From contig JBATEO010000058.1 of assembly GCA_049664045.1 (NCBI GenBank), positions 7,997 to 71,996 of the forward strand: 64,000 nucleotides of DNA, read 5' to 3'. This stretch comes from Prochlorococcaceae cyanobacterium. Lineage in GTDB: Bacteria > Cyanobacteriota > Cyanobacteriia > PCC-6307 > Cyanobiaceae. This document shows positions 1 through 9,867 of the stretch, one piece after another. The notes beneath the pieces are model-generated. The model was not told the DNA's origin and did no database searches. It was given only the letters and a program-made list of their open reading frames with translations. Made by a program: the position numbers and the translations under genes. Positions within the stretch are counted from its first letter, which is position 1. Each line of letters starts with the position of its first letter.

Positions 1-304
1 CGTCCCCGGCAACCTGCTGCACTGACGTGTCGTAGGGAATCTCGACGACGGCTTTGAACACTGTGTCGGGGAACACCGCCTGAGGCACTTCAACCCTGGT
101 GGGCTTCTGGGCCAGGTGGCAGTTGGCGCAGACGAGCTTGCCGGTGGCTTCGCGCGGGCTGTCGTAGTTCTGCTGGGCCCAGAAGGGATAGGCCCAGCTC
201 GGGGCGGCCGCGGAGGTGAGCAGGGCGAGGCAGAGGGCGGCTCCGAACAGAGGCCGGAGTACAGGGGCGGACGCGGTGGCGAGGGAGGAGAGGAGCGGAC
301 GCAT
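1..304 (-). CDS. petA: cytochrome f (PetA), N-terminal part; the gene runs off the window start
   Basis: Not in the ORF track because it is open at the window edge. Reverse-strand translation from the ATG at 304-302 gives [69 protein letters not shown]... This shows a signal peptide, the mature YPFWAQQ N-terminus and the CANCH heme motif of cytochrome f. It lies directly downstream of petC, as in the petCA operon. Confidence 0.9.
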   Translation of the reverse strand, partial: MRPLLSSLATASAPVLRPLFGAALCLALLTSAAAPSWAYPFWAQQNYDSPREATGKLVCANCHLAQKPTRVEVPQAVFPDTVFKAVVEIPYDTSVQQVAGD

Positions 305-362
305 CGGTGGGGGTGACGACGGTGGCGGTGACGACGGGGAGGGAGAGTTCAGCTGGCCGGGG

Positions 363-911
363 TCACGCCCACCAGGGTTTGTCGCCGGTGCGGAAGTCGG
401 TTTCGCTCCATTGGCTCAGGAAGACCTTGTCGTCCTCGACCGACACGTGGGCCAGAGCCAGGGACAGGGGCGCCGGGCCGCGCACCACCTTGCCGGTGGC
501 GTCGTACTGGGAACCGTGGCAGGGGCAGATGAACTTGTTGGCGCCGCTGTTCCAGGGCACCACGCAGCCGAGGTGGGTGCAGATGGCATTGATGCCGTAG
601 CTGCCGATGGCGTCATCCCCCTCCACGATCAGGTAGGTGGGGTCCCCCTTGAGGCCCTGCACCAGGCTGCGGTCGCCATCGTTGTGGGTGCCGAGCCAGC
701 CGCTGGCGGTGACGGGATTGCCCAGTTCGTCCTTGGCTGCGGTGCCGCCGCCGGAGCCACCGACGCGGGGCGGGATGAAGTAGTTCACCACCGGATAGAG
801 AGCACCGAGGGCGACGCCGGTGACCGACCCGAAGGTGAGCAGGTTCATGAACTGGCGACGACCCATTCCGGGCACATCACCACTCGAGGCGCTCGCTGGG
901 ATCTGGGTCAT
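363..911 (-). CDS. petC: cytochrome b6-f Rieske iron-sulfur subunit
   Basis: From ORF 363..1031. The internal ATG at 911 gives 182 aa starting [28 protein letters not shown]..., with the Rieske 2Fe-2S boxes CTHLGC and CPCHGS. Confidence 0.95.
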   Translation of the reverse strand: MTQIPASASSGDVPGMGRRQFMNLLTFGSVTGVALGALYPVVNYFIPPRVGGSGGGTAAKDELGNPVTASGWLGTHNDGDRSLVQGLKGDPTYLIVEGDDAIGSYGINAICTHLGCVVPWNSGANKFICPCHGSQYDATGKVVRGPAPLSLALAHVSVEDDKVFLSQWSETDFRTGDKPWWA

Positions 912-993
912 TCGAGGTTGCTCCCTGGAGCCACGGCAACGTGCGTGCCACCTTAAGGCCTGCCCAGCCCCAGCCCCGGTGGCCCTCGATCGC

Positions 994-1338
994 GTGGATC
1001 CCCATGCCCCCCAAGGCGGTGCTCCCCTCACGGGTGTGGAGCTCCAGCGGGCGCTGCGCGCCCGCTGGCAGGCGTCCTATGACCTGCAGGTGGTGCAGCG
1101 CCGGCGGCGGCTCTATCTGCAGGTGATGTGGGGCCATCTGGAGCAGCAGTCCTTTCCGCTGAGCGCCGAGGCCTATGCCGCCAGGCTGGAGGAGGTGGCG
1201 GCGCTGCTCAACGTCATGGGTGTGGCCTCCCAGGTGCGCCGATGGCTGACCACCACCACAGGCAGGCCGCGCCTCGGCCGCGCCCTGGGACTTGCCCTGG
1301 ATCCGCCGCCGGAGCGGGCCGGAGAGTTTCTGCTTTAG
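994..1338 (+). CDS. conserved cyanobacterial protein, DUF3067-like
   Basis: This is the C-terminal part of ORF 820..1338 ([62 protein letters not shown]...). It resembles the DUF3067 family as I remember it. There is no in-frame ATG; in-frame GTGs occur at 979 and 994, so the start is uncertain. Confidence 0.6.
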   Translation: MDPHAPQGGAPLTGVELQRALRARWQASYDLQVVQRRRRLYLQVMWGHLEQQSFPLSAEAYAARLEEVAALLNVMGVASQVRRWLTTTTGRPRLGRALGLALDPPPERAGEFLL

Positions 1339-1459
1339 CCGGAGCACACGCATGCTCGGCCCGCTCGGGGATGCGTCGTGGCTGCGGAGGTGTTATCAAG
1401 CGCTGCGAGCCTGGCGCGATCGTCACACGTCGTTCTTTCCGTACCTCACACCCATCTCC

Positions 1460-2269
1460 ATGCGTCGTCCCCGGCATGCCGCCACCTCCTCCGCCGGGAC
1501 CGTCTCCGCAGGGACCCTCTCTGCCCAAGCCCTGCTGAGCGTGGGCATCGGCCTTTCGCTGCTGCTGCCGATGCCTGCCGAGGCGGCCCGCTACGAAGCG
1601 ATCTGCGGCAGCAAGCGTTGCCGAATTGAGGTCACTGATCAAGGCGTGAAGGGGCCTTCCGGCTTCATCCCGGCCGATCGGATCGCGCAGTGGAACGCTG
1701 TGGGCTGGGACAACCACAATGCCCTGGTGGCCTCGCTCGGGGCGACCGGCGGCGCCTTGACCGGAACCGTGGTGGGAGCCCTGGCCACCTGCTGGACGTT
1801 GATCGCCTGCCCGTTCGGCATTCTCGGCGGCGCCGTGGTGGGTGGCGTGGCCGGTTCGCGCGCAGGCAAGACGGCCGATTACCAATTCTCCGTGGTCGGC
1901 TACGACCAGCGCGGCAACCCACTCACGGAGACTTTCCGGTTCATCAATGCCAATCCGGTGCGGGGCCTGGTGGAGAACCTCACCAGAGTGTCGGGTCTGG
2001 AGATGGGTGTGCGCCGGGAGGTGGCCATCGCACCGCCCTCGCCCAGCGTCCCGCGGCCAGCCCTTCAGCGTTCCAACCCCCCGCGCCCTGCGCCGCTCGT
2101 GGGGCCATACCGGCCACAGCCTCAGCCAACCCCAGCCCAGGAGGCTGCTCCCCAGTGGACTCCGCCGCTGGCGCAGGAGGAGCGTCCCGAGCCGGGCCCG
2201 CTCCAGAGCGAGATGCCCGTTCTCGACGACGCCATCGACCCCTATCAGGGAACACCGGTGTTCCCCTGA
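1460..2269 (+). CDS. hypothetical exported protein with a Gly-zipper hydrophobic segment and a Pro-rich C-terminus
   Basis: ATG at 1460 within ORF 1292..2269 (MRRPRHAATSS...LLLPMPAEAA is signal-like). It contains a GATGGALTGTVVGALATCWTLIACPFGILGGAVVGGVAG segment followed by a PxP-rich tail. Third-position G+C bias is good. I recognise no family. Confidence 0.45.
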   Translation: MRRPRHAATSSAGTVSAGTLSAQALLSVGIGLSLLLPMPAEAARYEAICGSKRCRIEVTDQGVKGPSGFIPADRIAQWNAVGWDNHNALVASLGATGGALTGTVVGALATCWTLIACPFGILGGAVVGGVAGSRAGKTADYQFSVVGYDQRGNPLTETFRFINANPVRGLVENLTRVSGLEMGVRREVAIAPPSPSVPRPALQRSNPPRPAPLVGPYRPQPQPTPAQEAAPQWTPPLAQEERPEPGPLQSEMPVLDDAIDPYQGTPVFP

Positions 2270-3135
2270 GGGCTGGGCTGGAGCCGCTCGACCAGCGCCA
2301 CCAGGGCGACGCCGATCAGGAACAGGGCGGTGATCGCTCCGCTCAGCAGGAGCATCGTCACCGGATCGGTGGAGGGAGTGAGCACGGCGCCGGAGACCGC
2401 CGAGATCAGCACCACCCAGCGCCAGCCGGCCAGCATGGCGCGCGAGCGGATCAGGCCCAGCGCCCCGAGGATCAGCTGCAGCACGGGCAGCTGGAAGGCC
2501 AGGGCGGTGGCCACCATGAGCAGCAGCACGAAGTCGAGGTAGCGCTCGATCGACCAGCTCGGCTCCACCACATCGGCACCGAAGCTCACCAGGAAGCGCA
2601 GAGCGGCGGGCACCAGGGCCCACCAGGCGAAGGCCAGCCCGGCTGCGAACAACACCGCCGAGCCTCCCACCGCCGGGGCCACCAGCCGGCGCTCGCGGCG
2701 GCTGAGACCGGGCAGCACGAAGGCCAGGAACTCGTAGAGGACCCATGGCAGGGCGAAGGTGAGACCGGCATAGCCGGCCACCTTGAGCGACACGAACAGG
2801 AACTCTCCGGGCGCCAGCTGCAGGAAGCGGATGCCATCGGCGGGCATCTCCAGCACGCGCACCAGCGGCTTCACGAACAGCAGTGCGGCCGCAGCGCCCA
2901 CCACCACCGCCAGCAGGCTGCGCAGCACCCGCCGCCGCAGCTCCTCCAGGTGGTCCACCAGGCTCATCTCCACCTCGCCCGGGAACTCGTCGCCGGGCGG
3001 GGTGGGCGTGCCGGCGACGGCTGGCACCGGGATCGGCGGCGGCGCCGGCAGGGCCGTCTGCAGGGCTGCCTCGGTGCCGTTGCCCGGGCCGTCGGACCTG
3101 GGATCGGAGCGGATGTCGGAAGGGGGGCTGGTCAT
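2245..3135 (-). CDS. tatC: twin-arginine translocase subunit TatC
   Basis: 296 aa. After a Pro-rich N-terminal extension comes MSLVDHLEELRRRVLRSL..., then six hydrophobic helices typical of TatC (LAPGEFLFVSLKV, FVLPGLSRRERR). Confidence 0.9.
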   Translation of the reverse strand: MTSPPSDIRSDPRSDGPGNGTEAALQTALPAPPPIPVPAVAGTPTPPGDEFPGEVEMSLVDHLEELRRRVLRSLLAVVVGAAAALLFVKPLVRVLEMPADGIRFLQLAPGEFLFVSLKVAGYAGLTFALPWVLYEFLAFVLPGLSRRERRLVAPAVGGSAVLFAAGLAFAWWALVPAALRFLVSFGADVVEPSWSIERYLDFVLLLMVATALAFQLPVLQLILGALGLIRSRAMLAGWRWVVLISAVSGAVLTPSTDPVTMLLLSGAITALFLIGVALVALVERLQPSPQGNTGVP

Positions 3136-4799
3136 GGCTGCCCTGCTGCCAGGAGGTTAAGGGCCCGCTCCGGTTCACCCCAGATCACCTCGCCGCCGCG
3201 GTGGCGCACCGTGCCGGGAGCGGCGCCGGGGATCCGCTGGAGGTCCTCCACCGGCACCATCACCACCGGAACCCGCCCATTGGCGCGGCCGCGGCTGAAA
3301 TGGGCTGCCAGATCGGCGGCGCACTGCAGATCGCTGTCCATGGCGGGAGCCTCGGAGCTCTTGAGCACCACATGGCTGCCCGGCAACTCCTGGGCATGGA
3401 ACCAGAGGTCGCCGCGCCGCGCCTGCCGGAAGGCGATCCATTCGTTCTGACGGTGGTTGCGGCCCACCTGCAGGGCGATTCCAGAGGTGCTGCGCAGCTC
3501 CAGCGGCCGGGGGCCTTCGGCCTTGGCGCTGGTCTGCCCCCGCCGCCCTGGCCGGGTTGTGCCCGATCGTCCCCGCAGGGACTCGAGCTCCTCTTCGATT
3601 GCCAGGAGCTGTTCGAGGGTCTCCGCATGCTCCAGATAGGTGAGGCTGTCTGCGAGCGCAGCCAGGTGTCGGTGGTGAAGCTCGATCCTGGCGGTGATCG
3701 CGGCAGCGGAGCGGCGCAGCTTGCGGGCCTTGCGGTAGAGCTTCTGGGCCTCGTCGATGCAGGAACGCTCCGGTAGCAGCTGGCTGAGCAGGGCATCGGC
3801 CCGGCGCTGCAGCTCATCGGCGGCAGGGACTGCCGCCAGCAGGGCCTGCTGCTCCTGGAGCTGGCTGCTTTCGCGCTGGTGCAGGCGCTCCAGCAGCTGA
3901 CGGATGTGCTGGCGCCGCTGCTGCAGCTGCTGCCGGCCCAGGTGATCGCGGTAGTAGGCGGCCATGGCCTGGTTGATGGCCAGTCCGCCTGCGGGGGTGG
4001 CGGCAGGCTCCTGCTCCCAGCAGGCATAGCCCCCGTCCAGGGGGCGCCAGCTGAAGCGTTCCGCCGCCAGGGCCTGCAGCCAGCCGCGCCAGTGCTGCCA
4101 GAGCTGGTGCCAATGCGTGGCGCCGAGGCTGCCCACCTCCTGCTCCAGCCAGGCCTGCGGTGCCAGCTGGGCGGCCAGGGCCGGACTGATCCCCAGGTAG
4201 GCGTCGCGGAGTGCCTGGCCCAGGGGGAGGGGCAGCAGCGTGAGCCGCCGCTGCCAGCTTTCGAAGCCCTCCTCCAGGCTGGGCGGTTCCCCGTTGAGGG
4301 GCGGCGGCGGCTGATAGGGGTCGCCGGTGCCGATCGGCCGCAGCCGCGACTGGCTGGGTTTCACCTGACGGGCCAGCGTCACCACCTGCCGATCCCCGTC
4401 GAGCAGGAACAGGTTGCTGTGGCGTCCCATCAGCTCCGCCACCAGCCAGCGCTGCACGGGTTCGCCCGGCCGGCGCGCGAACCCCAGCTCCACCACACGC
4501 TCCCAGCCCGGCTGATCGATCCGGATCAGCGCCAGGCCGCGCAGGGCGTGCTGCAACTGCTGAGCCAGGGTGCTGCCCTCCCCCTGGCGCGGAGGGGTGT
4601 CGATGGCATGCACCCGTGCCGCTTCGGCCTGCCAGCTCAGCTCCAGCCAGCCCATTCCCTGCAGGTGGCGCAGGCCGATCTGCACGCTGTGGGCACTGTC
4701 CTGCTGCGCCTTCTCGAATCGGCTCGGCACCAGCACCGCACGCCACTCCGTCACCACTGCCCTGAGGCTGGTGAAATCCATCGGCTGCAGCCTCGCCAT
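3132..4799 (-). CDS. NFACT-family (FbpA/RqcH-like) RNA-binding protein with a DUF814 region
   Basis: From ORF 3132..4823, whose 4823 start codon is GTG. In-frame ATGs lie at 4799 ([12 protein letters not shown]) and 4781 (MDFTSLRAV). The C-terminus [35 protein letters not shown] is the NFACT-R/DUF814 signature. The stop overlaps the tatC ATG (ATGA). Confidence 0.8.
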   Translation of the reverse strand: MARLQPMDFTSLRAVVTEWRAVLVPSRFEKAQQDSAHSVQIGLRHLQGMGWLELSWQAEAARVHAIDTPPRQGEGSTLAQQLQHALRGLALIRIDQPGWERVVELGFARRPGEPVQRWLVAELMGRHSNLFLLDGDRQVVTLARQVKPSQSRLRPIGTGDPYQPPPPLNGEPPSLEEGFESWQRRLTLLPLPLGQALRDAYLGISPALAAQLAPQAWLEQEVGSLGATHWHQLWQHWRGWLQALAAERFSWRPLDGGYACWEQEPAATPAGGLAINQAMAAYYRDHLGRQQLQQRRQHIRQLLERLHQRESSQLQEQQALLAAVPAADELQRRADALLSQLLPERSCIDEAQKLYRKARKLRRSAAAITARIELHHRHLAALADSLTYLEHAETLEQLLAIEEELESLRGRSGTTRPGRRGQTSAKAEGPRPLELRSTSGIALQVGRNHRQNEWIAFRQARRGDLWFHAQELPGSHVVLKSSEAPAMDSDLQCAADLAAHFSRGRANGRVPVVMVPVEDLQRIPGAAPGTVRHRGGEVIWGEPERALNLLAAGQP

Positions 4800-4859
4800 C
4801 ACCTGCGCCGGAGAGCACCACACCGGCTTCTACTCTGCTGCCCAGCCTCCACCGCTGCG

Positions 4860-5447
4860 ATGGCACGCCTCATCGTGATCACGGGTCCCAGCGGTGTGGG
4901 CAAGGGCACCCTGGTGCGCCAGCTGCTGGAGCGGCATCCCCGGATCTGGCTGTCGGTGTCGGCCACCACGCGGGCACCGCGGCCCGGCGAAGTGGATGGC
5001 GAGAGCTATTTCTTTCTCGGCCGGGAGGACTTCGAACGGCGGGTGCACGGTGGTGGATTCCTGGAGTGGGCCGAATTTGCCGGCAACCTCTACGGCACTC
5101 CGCGCGAGGCGGTGGAGGACCACCTGGCGCAGGGCCGTCCTGTGCTGCTGGAGATCGAACTGGAGGGCGCCCGCCAGGTGCGGCGCAGCTTTCCCGCCGG
5201 ATTCCAGCTGTTGATCAAACCCCCCAGTTTCGAGGAGCTGGAGCGCCGCATCCGCGGACGCGGCACCGACAGCGAAGCAGCCATCCAGCAGCGGCTGGAA
5301 CGGGCCCGGGTGGAGCTGGCCGCCGAGGGGGAATTCGACGCCGTGCTGGTGAATGACGATCTTGGCGAGGCCTGCGAGCAACTGGAGCGGCTCATGCACC
5401 TGACCACCAAAAAGCCCCCCATCGGGGGGCATTCGGCTGCCGGCTAG
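4860..5447 (+). CDS. gmk: guanylate kinase
   Basis: ATG at 4860 gives 195 aa starting [23 protein letters not shown]..., with the P-loop GPSGVGKG and [19 protein letters not shown]. Confidence 0.95.
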   Translation: MARLIVITGPSGVGKGTLVRQLLERHPRIWLSVSATTRAPRPGEVDGESYFFLGREDFERRVHGGGFLEWAEFAGNLYGTPREAVEDHLAQGRPVLLEIELEGARQVRRSFPAGFQLLIKPPSFEELERRIRGRGTDSEAAIQQRLERARVELAAEGEFDAVLVNDDLGEACEQLERLMHLTTKKPPIGGHSAAG

Positions 5448-5498
5448 CCGGGATGACCGGGTCCTGGCGGGCGTCAGATGCGACCGGTGTCAGAGCGG

Positions 5499-5606
5499 TC
5501 AGAAGATCAGGTCGGGAAAGAAACGGAAAACCTCGATCGTGATCCCGGCGGTGAGGGTGAACCAGATGGCGGCCACAACGGGGGCAGTGGTGAGGAATTT
5601 CTTCAT
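5499..5606 (-). CDS. psaJ: photosystem I reaction centre subunit IX
   Basis: Too short for the ORF track. Reverse translation gives [35 protein letters not shown] (35 aa), a typical PsaJ. It lies 11 nt downstream of psaF. Confidence 0.9.
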   Translation of the reverse strand: MKKFLTTAPVVAAIWFTLTAGITIEVFRFFPDLIF

Positions 5607-5617
5607 GGTTCCAGCAA

Positions 5618-6115
5618 TCAGCGGGGGGAAACGGTCACTTTGGAGTCGGCTTCAATCATTTTTCCGCCAACGAACTCGTTGAAAGCCGCGAGAGGCCAGA
5701 CGGCGGCGGCCAGGGTGGTTTTGAACGCCAGGGGCATGTCGATCTGAATCTCCTTCATGGTGGCGTCCTTGCCTGCGCGTGCGGCGATCAGGTAGCCGCG
5801 GCCGGCCCAGCCGATCGTGCCAGAGATGTAGAGGAAGAGGAGGCCCGGGATCAGGAAATCACCGGCATGGCTCCAGCGGCCATCCACGATCAGGTGGGGC
5901 AGGCCATCCGTTCCGCAGAGGGCCTGGCTGTAGTGCTCAAAGCGTGCCTTGGCCTGAGCCGTCTGGGCACCGGCGGCCCGCTGCTGGAAGCGGGGATTCT
6001 CGGCGCAGGGAGTGAGTCCGGCAACGGATGCGTCGGCATGGGCGACGGGTGCCAGACCGAAGATCAGGAAGGCGGAGAGCAGAACCGCGCACAGGCGGGG
6101 GAGGAGACGTCGCAT
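5618..6115 (-). CDS. psaF: photosystem I subunit III
   Basis: ATG at 6115 within ORF 5618..6475 gives 165 aa: [13 protein letters not shown]...[23 protein letters not shown]...[35 protein letters not shown]. Confidence 0.95.
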   Translation of the reverse strand: MRRLLPRLCAVLLSAFLIFGLAPVAHADASVAGLTPCAENPRFQQRAAGAQTAQAKARFEHYSQALCGTDGLPHLIVDGRWSHAGDFLIPGLLFLYISGTIGWAGRGYLIAARAGKDATMKEIQIDMPLAFKTTLAAAVWPLAAFNEFVGGKMIEADSKVTVSPR

Positions 6116-6164
6116 CGCGGTGCAGGATGTCACGAGCGGACAGTAGGGGCGCTGCAGCGGCACC

Positions 6165-7238
6165 ATGCCAACGGTTCTGGCCCTCGAAACAAGTTGTGAC
6201 GAGTCGGCCGCCGCCATCGTGCGGGACCGCACGGTGCTCGCCAGCGCGGTCGCCTCGCAGGTGGAGGAGCATGCCCGCTGGGGCGGTGTGGTGCCCGAGA
6301 TCGCCTCGCGCCGCCACGTGGAGGCACTGCCCCAGCTGATCGGCCAGGTGTTTGAACGCAGCGGTCTGCAGCCGGCCGCGCTGGACGCCGTGGCCGCCAC
6401 GGCCGCGCCGGGGCTGGTGGGGGCTCTGCTGGTGGCGTCGGTCACCGGCCGAACCCTGGCGCGCCTGCACGGCAAGCCGTTCCTGGCCGTTCATCACCTG
6501 GAGGGCCACCTGGCCTCGGTGCAATTGGGTGAGCCCCTGCCACCAGGCCCCTACCTGGTGCTGCTGGTGAGTGGCGGGCACACCGAACTGGTGCGGGTGG
6601 AGGGTCCGGGGCGCTTCGAGCGGCTGGGCCGCAGTCATGACGACGCGGCCGGCGAGGCCTTTGACAAGGTGGCGCGGCTGCTGGGGCTGGGTTATCCCGG
6701 CGGACCAGCGATCCAGGCGGCGGCGGTGGGGGGGGATCCTCGGCGCTTCCGCCTGCCCCGGGGGCGCGTGTCCAGGCCGGACGGGGGCTTCTTCCCCTAC
6801 GACTTCAGCTTCAGCGGCCTCAAGACGGCCATGCTGCGGCTGGTGCGCAGCCTGGAGGGTGAGGCTGACGGAGCGGCTGGAAGTGCGTCGCTGCCCCTAG
6901 CCGATCTGGCCGCCAGCTTCGAGCAGGCAGTGGCCGAGGTGCTCGTCGAGCGCAGCTGCCGCTGTGCCCTGGATCAGGGTCTGGGCACCCTGGTGCTGGT
7001 GGGGGGTGTGGCCGCCAACCGCCGGCTGCGCGGCCTGCTGGAGGAGCGTTGCCGTCGGGCTGGTCTGCACTGGCGGGTGGCTCCCCTGGCCTATTGCACC
7101 GACAATGCCGCCATGATCGGGGTGGCTGCCTGTGAGCGCCTGCAGCATGGGCAGCGCAGCGCCATCGAGCTCGGAGTCGCCGCCCGCCTGCCGCTTGAGC
7201 AGGCTGCATGCCTCTACACCACACCACCGCCATTCTGA
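6165..7238 (+). CDS. tsaD: tRNA N6-adenosine threonylcarbamoyltransferase
   Basis: 357 aa starting [19 protein letters not shown], with HHLEGHL and the [10 protein letters not shown] motif of the Kae1/TsaD family. Confidence 0.95.
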   Translation: MPTVLALETSCDESAAAIVRDRTVLASAVASQVEEHARWGGVVPEIASRRHVEALPQLIGQVFERSGLQPAALDAVAATAAPGLVGALLVASVTGRTLARLHGKPFLAVHHLEGHLASVQLGEPLPPGPYLVLLVSGGHTELVRVEGPGRFERLGRSHDDAAGEAFDKVARLLGLGYPGGPAIQAAAVGGDPRRFRLPRGRVSRPDGGFFPYDFSFSGLKTAMLRLVRSLEGEADGAAGSASLPLADLAASFEQAVAEVLVERSCRCALDQGLGTLVLVGGVAANRRLRGLLEERCRRAGLHWRVAPLAYCTDNAAMIGVAACERLQHGQRSAIELGVAARLPLEQAACLYTTPPPF

Positions 7239-7273
7239 TCTCACTAGGCTGGGGTGCCAACGCGCACCACTCC

Positions 7274-7480
7274 ATGGCCAGCGCAGACACCGTTGAGCCT
7301 GCTGACGCACACCCGGCCGTCACCCAGGAGGCCGATGTGCAACCAGTGAGCAGCAGTGAACTCAACGCCTGGAGGCGTGGCTTCACGCCTCAGGCCGAGA
7401 TCTGGAACGGGCGCCTGGCCATGCTCGGTCTGTCCGTCGGTCTCACCGTGCTGCTGATCGCCAGGCTGGCCTCCCGCTAG
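7274..7480 (+). CDS. hli: high-light-inducible protein (CAB/ELIP/HLIP family)
   Basis: ATG at 7274 within ORF 7208..7480. The C-terminus NAWRRGFTPQAEIWNGRLAMLGLSVGLTVLLI carries the chlorophyll-binding E-x-x-N-G-R helix. Confidence 0.85.
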   Translation: MASADTVEPADAHPAVTQEADVQPVSSSELNAWRRGFTPQAEIWNGRLAMLGLSVGLTVLLIARLASR

Positions 7481-8616
7481 GCGGTGCGGCCCCGCAGGGC
7501 CTGCAGCAGTTCCGCCGGCTTGAGACTCTGGGCGATCGCCTCTTCGGGGGCCACCCGGCCGGCTTCCACCAGCTCCAGGAGCGACTGGTTGGCCGTCACC
7601 ATGCCATCGAAGCGGCTGCGGCGCATGATCTCCTCGATCTCATCGAGCTCGCCCTGCTGGATGTAGTCCTTGCAGGCATCCGTGTTGATGAGGATGTCCT
7701 GATAGACGGTGCGATCCCCGTCGGTGGTCTTGATCAGGCCCTGGGCGATCACCGCCAGCAGGGTCTCGGAGATCGCCTCGCGCACCGTGTGCTGCTCGTT
7801 GGGCGGGTGCATGCCCAGCACCCGCTCCACCGTCTTGATGGCCGAGTTGGTGTGCATGGTGCCCAGCACCAGCTGACCGGTCTGGGACGCCTCGATGGCG
7901 GTGGCCAGGGTGAGGCGGTCGCGGATCTCGCCGATCAGGATCACGTCGGGGTCCTCCCGCATCGAGGCCCGCAGGGCGTTGTGGAACTGCAGGGTGTGCC
8001 GGCCCACCTGTCGCTGGCGGATCAGGGACTCACGGCTCTGATGCACGTACTCGATCGGGTCCTCGATCGTGACGATGTGCCGGTACATGTTGCGGTTGAT
8101 CCAGTCGATCATCGCCGCCAGGGTGGTGGTCTTGCCACAGCCGGTGGGACCGGTCACCAGCACCATCCCCTTGGGACGGGTGCAGAGTTCGCTGAGCACC
8201 GCTGGCATGCCCAGGTCATCGAGGGTGGGAACCTGGTGGGGGATCAGGCGCAGCACCATGGCCGGGCCGGCCAGTGTGTCCAGCAGATTGATCCGCACCC
8301 GCACGAAGGGAAAGGTGTGGGCGCCGTCGAACTCCTTGTGGCGCAGGAATCCCTCGATCTCCTCGGGGCTGAGGATCTCGCGCAGCCAGCGGTGGAAGGT
8401 GTCGCTGTCGGTGGCCGGCCAGCCGGTGCGCACCATGGTGCCGCGCGAGCGGTAGCGGGGCTCCTCGCCCACGCCCACGTGCACATCGGAGAACACGCGC
8501 TCGTTGGCAAGCCGCACGAGGCCCTGGAGGTCGGCTGGCTGGTCGCCGAAGCCGGCCGAGGGCGCCGGGGCCGGCGGCGGCGGCAGCGGCGAGAGAGGCA
8601 GCGGAGAGGTCGTCAT
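7477..8616 (-). CDS. pilT: PilT-family type IV pilus retraction ATPase homologue
   Basis: 379 aa with Walker A GPTGCGKTTT, Walker B VILIGEIRD and the His box GTMHTNSA. It has a Pro-rich N-terminal extension. Confidence 0.85.
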   Translation of the reverse strand: MTTSPLPLSPLPPPPAPAPSAGFGDQPADLQGLVRLANERVFSDVHVGVGEEPRYRSRGTMVRTGWPATDSDTFHRWLREILSPEEIEGFLRHKEFDGAHTFPFVRVRINLLDTLAGPAMVLRLIPHQVPTLDDLGMPAVLSELCTRPKGMVLVTGPTGCGKTTTLAAMIDWINRNMYRHIVTIEDPIEYVHQSRESLIRQRQVGRHTLQFHNALRASMREDPDVILIGEIRDRLTLATAIEASQTGQLVLGTMHTNSAIKTVERVLGMHPPNEQHTVREAISETLLAVIAQGLIKTTDGDRTVYQDILINTDACKDYIQQGELDEIEEIMRRSRFDGMVTANQSLLELVEAGRVAPEEAIAQSLKPAELLQALRGRTA

Positions 8617-8730
8617 CGGAGACCGCCGATATGAGGCAGCTTGGCGGCTTCCGGCGGCTCTGTCAGCCCCTCAATCCTCACCCGCGGGCGCGCTCCGTAG
8701 GATCCGCCCGTCCGCCAGCGCCCCTCTCCG

Positions 8731-9867
8731 GTGTCCCAGCCCCTGGTCACGATCGTGCTCGGCACCCGGCCCGAGGCGATCAAGCTGGCACCGGTGATCC
8801 GTGCCTTTCAGGCGGCTCCCGACTTCCACACCCGGGTGGTGCTCACCGGCCAGCACCGGGAGATGGTGAGCCAGGTGATGGAGCTGTTCGGGCTCGAGGC
8901 CGATCACGATCTGGCGCTGATGGCACCGCAGCAGACGCTCACCCACATCACCTGCGCGGCCCTGCAGGGCCTCAAGGACGAGTTCGCCGCGCAGCGCCCC
9001 GATCTGGTGCTGGTGCAGGGGGACACCACCACCGCCTTCGCCTCGGCCCTGGCCGCCTTCTACGAGCAGATCCCCGTCGGCCACGTGGAGGCGGGGCTGC
9101 GCACCGACAACCTGCTCGATCCCTTCCCGGAGGAGGCCAACCGCCGGCTGATCTCCCAGCTGGCCCTGCTGCACTTCGCCCCCACCGATCGCGCGGCGGC
9201 CAACTGCCGGGCCTCGGGGGTGGTGGGAGAGGTGCTCACCACCGGCAACACGGTGATCGACGCGCTCCTGCAGATGGCCGATCAGGCCCCCGCCTACGAG
9301 CTGGACGGGCTTGACTGGGACGGTCAGCGGGTGATCCTGGCCACGGTGCACCGGCGGGAAAACTGGGGCGAGCGGCTGCAGACCATCGGCGCTGGATTCC
9401 TGCAGCTGCTGGAACGTTTCCCCGACACCGCCCTGCTGCTGCCCCTGCACCGCAACCCCACCGTGCGCGAGCCGTTGCAGGCCCTGCTCGGCGGCCACCC
9501 GCGGGCCTTCCTCACCGAACCCCTCGACTACGCCCAGCTCGTGGCAGCGATGCGCGGCTGCACCCTGGTGCTCACCGATTCGGGCGGGCTCCAGGAGGAG
9601 GCCCCTGCCCTGGGCAAGCCGGTGCTGGTGCTGCGCCGCACCACCGAGCGGCCCGAGGCCGTGGACGCGGGCACGGCCCGCCTGATCGGCACCGCGACGC
9701 AGGACATCGTCGCCGAGGCCAGCCGTCTGCTCACGGACGCTGAGGCTTATCAGGCGATGGCGCACGCCCACAATCCCTTCGGCGACGGCCAGGCCTCAGG
9801 CCGGATCGTGGCTGCGGCCCGCCACTTCCTCAGCGGCGGCGGCGGGACCAGGGCGGCAGATCGATGA
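8731..9867 (+). CDS. wecB: UDP-N-acetylglucosamine 2-epimerase (non-hydrolysing)
   Basis: GTG start. Motifs seen: VTIVLGTRPEAIKLAPV, HVEAGLRT, DSGGLQEEAPALGKPVLVLR. Confidence 0.9.
   Translation: MSQPLVTIVLGTRPEAIKLAPVIRAFQAAPDFHTRVVLTGQHREMVSQVMELFGLEADHDLALMAPQQTLTHITCAALQGLKDEFAAQRPDLVLVQGDTTTAFASALAAFYEQIPVGHVEAGLRTDNLLDPFPEEANRRLISQLALLHFAPTDRAAANCRASGVVGEVLTTGNTVIDALLQMADQAPAYELDGLDWDGQRVILATVHRRENWGERLQTIGAGFLQLLERFPDTALLLPLHRNPTVREPLQALLGGHPRAFLTEPLDYAQLVAAMRGCTLVLTDSGGLQEEAPALGKPVLVLRRTTERPEAVDAGTARLIGTATQDIVAEASRLLTDAEAYQAMAHAHNPFGDGQASGRIVAAARHFLSGGGGTRAADR

Noticed and set aside
1214-3450. Long ORFs 1214..3178 (-), 654 aa, and 1690..3450 (+), 586 aa
   Set aside because: They are Arg/Pro/Gly/Ala-rich low-complexity products that overlap tatC and the exported-protein gene out of frame or antisense. 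They have no motifs.
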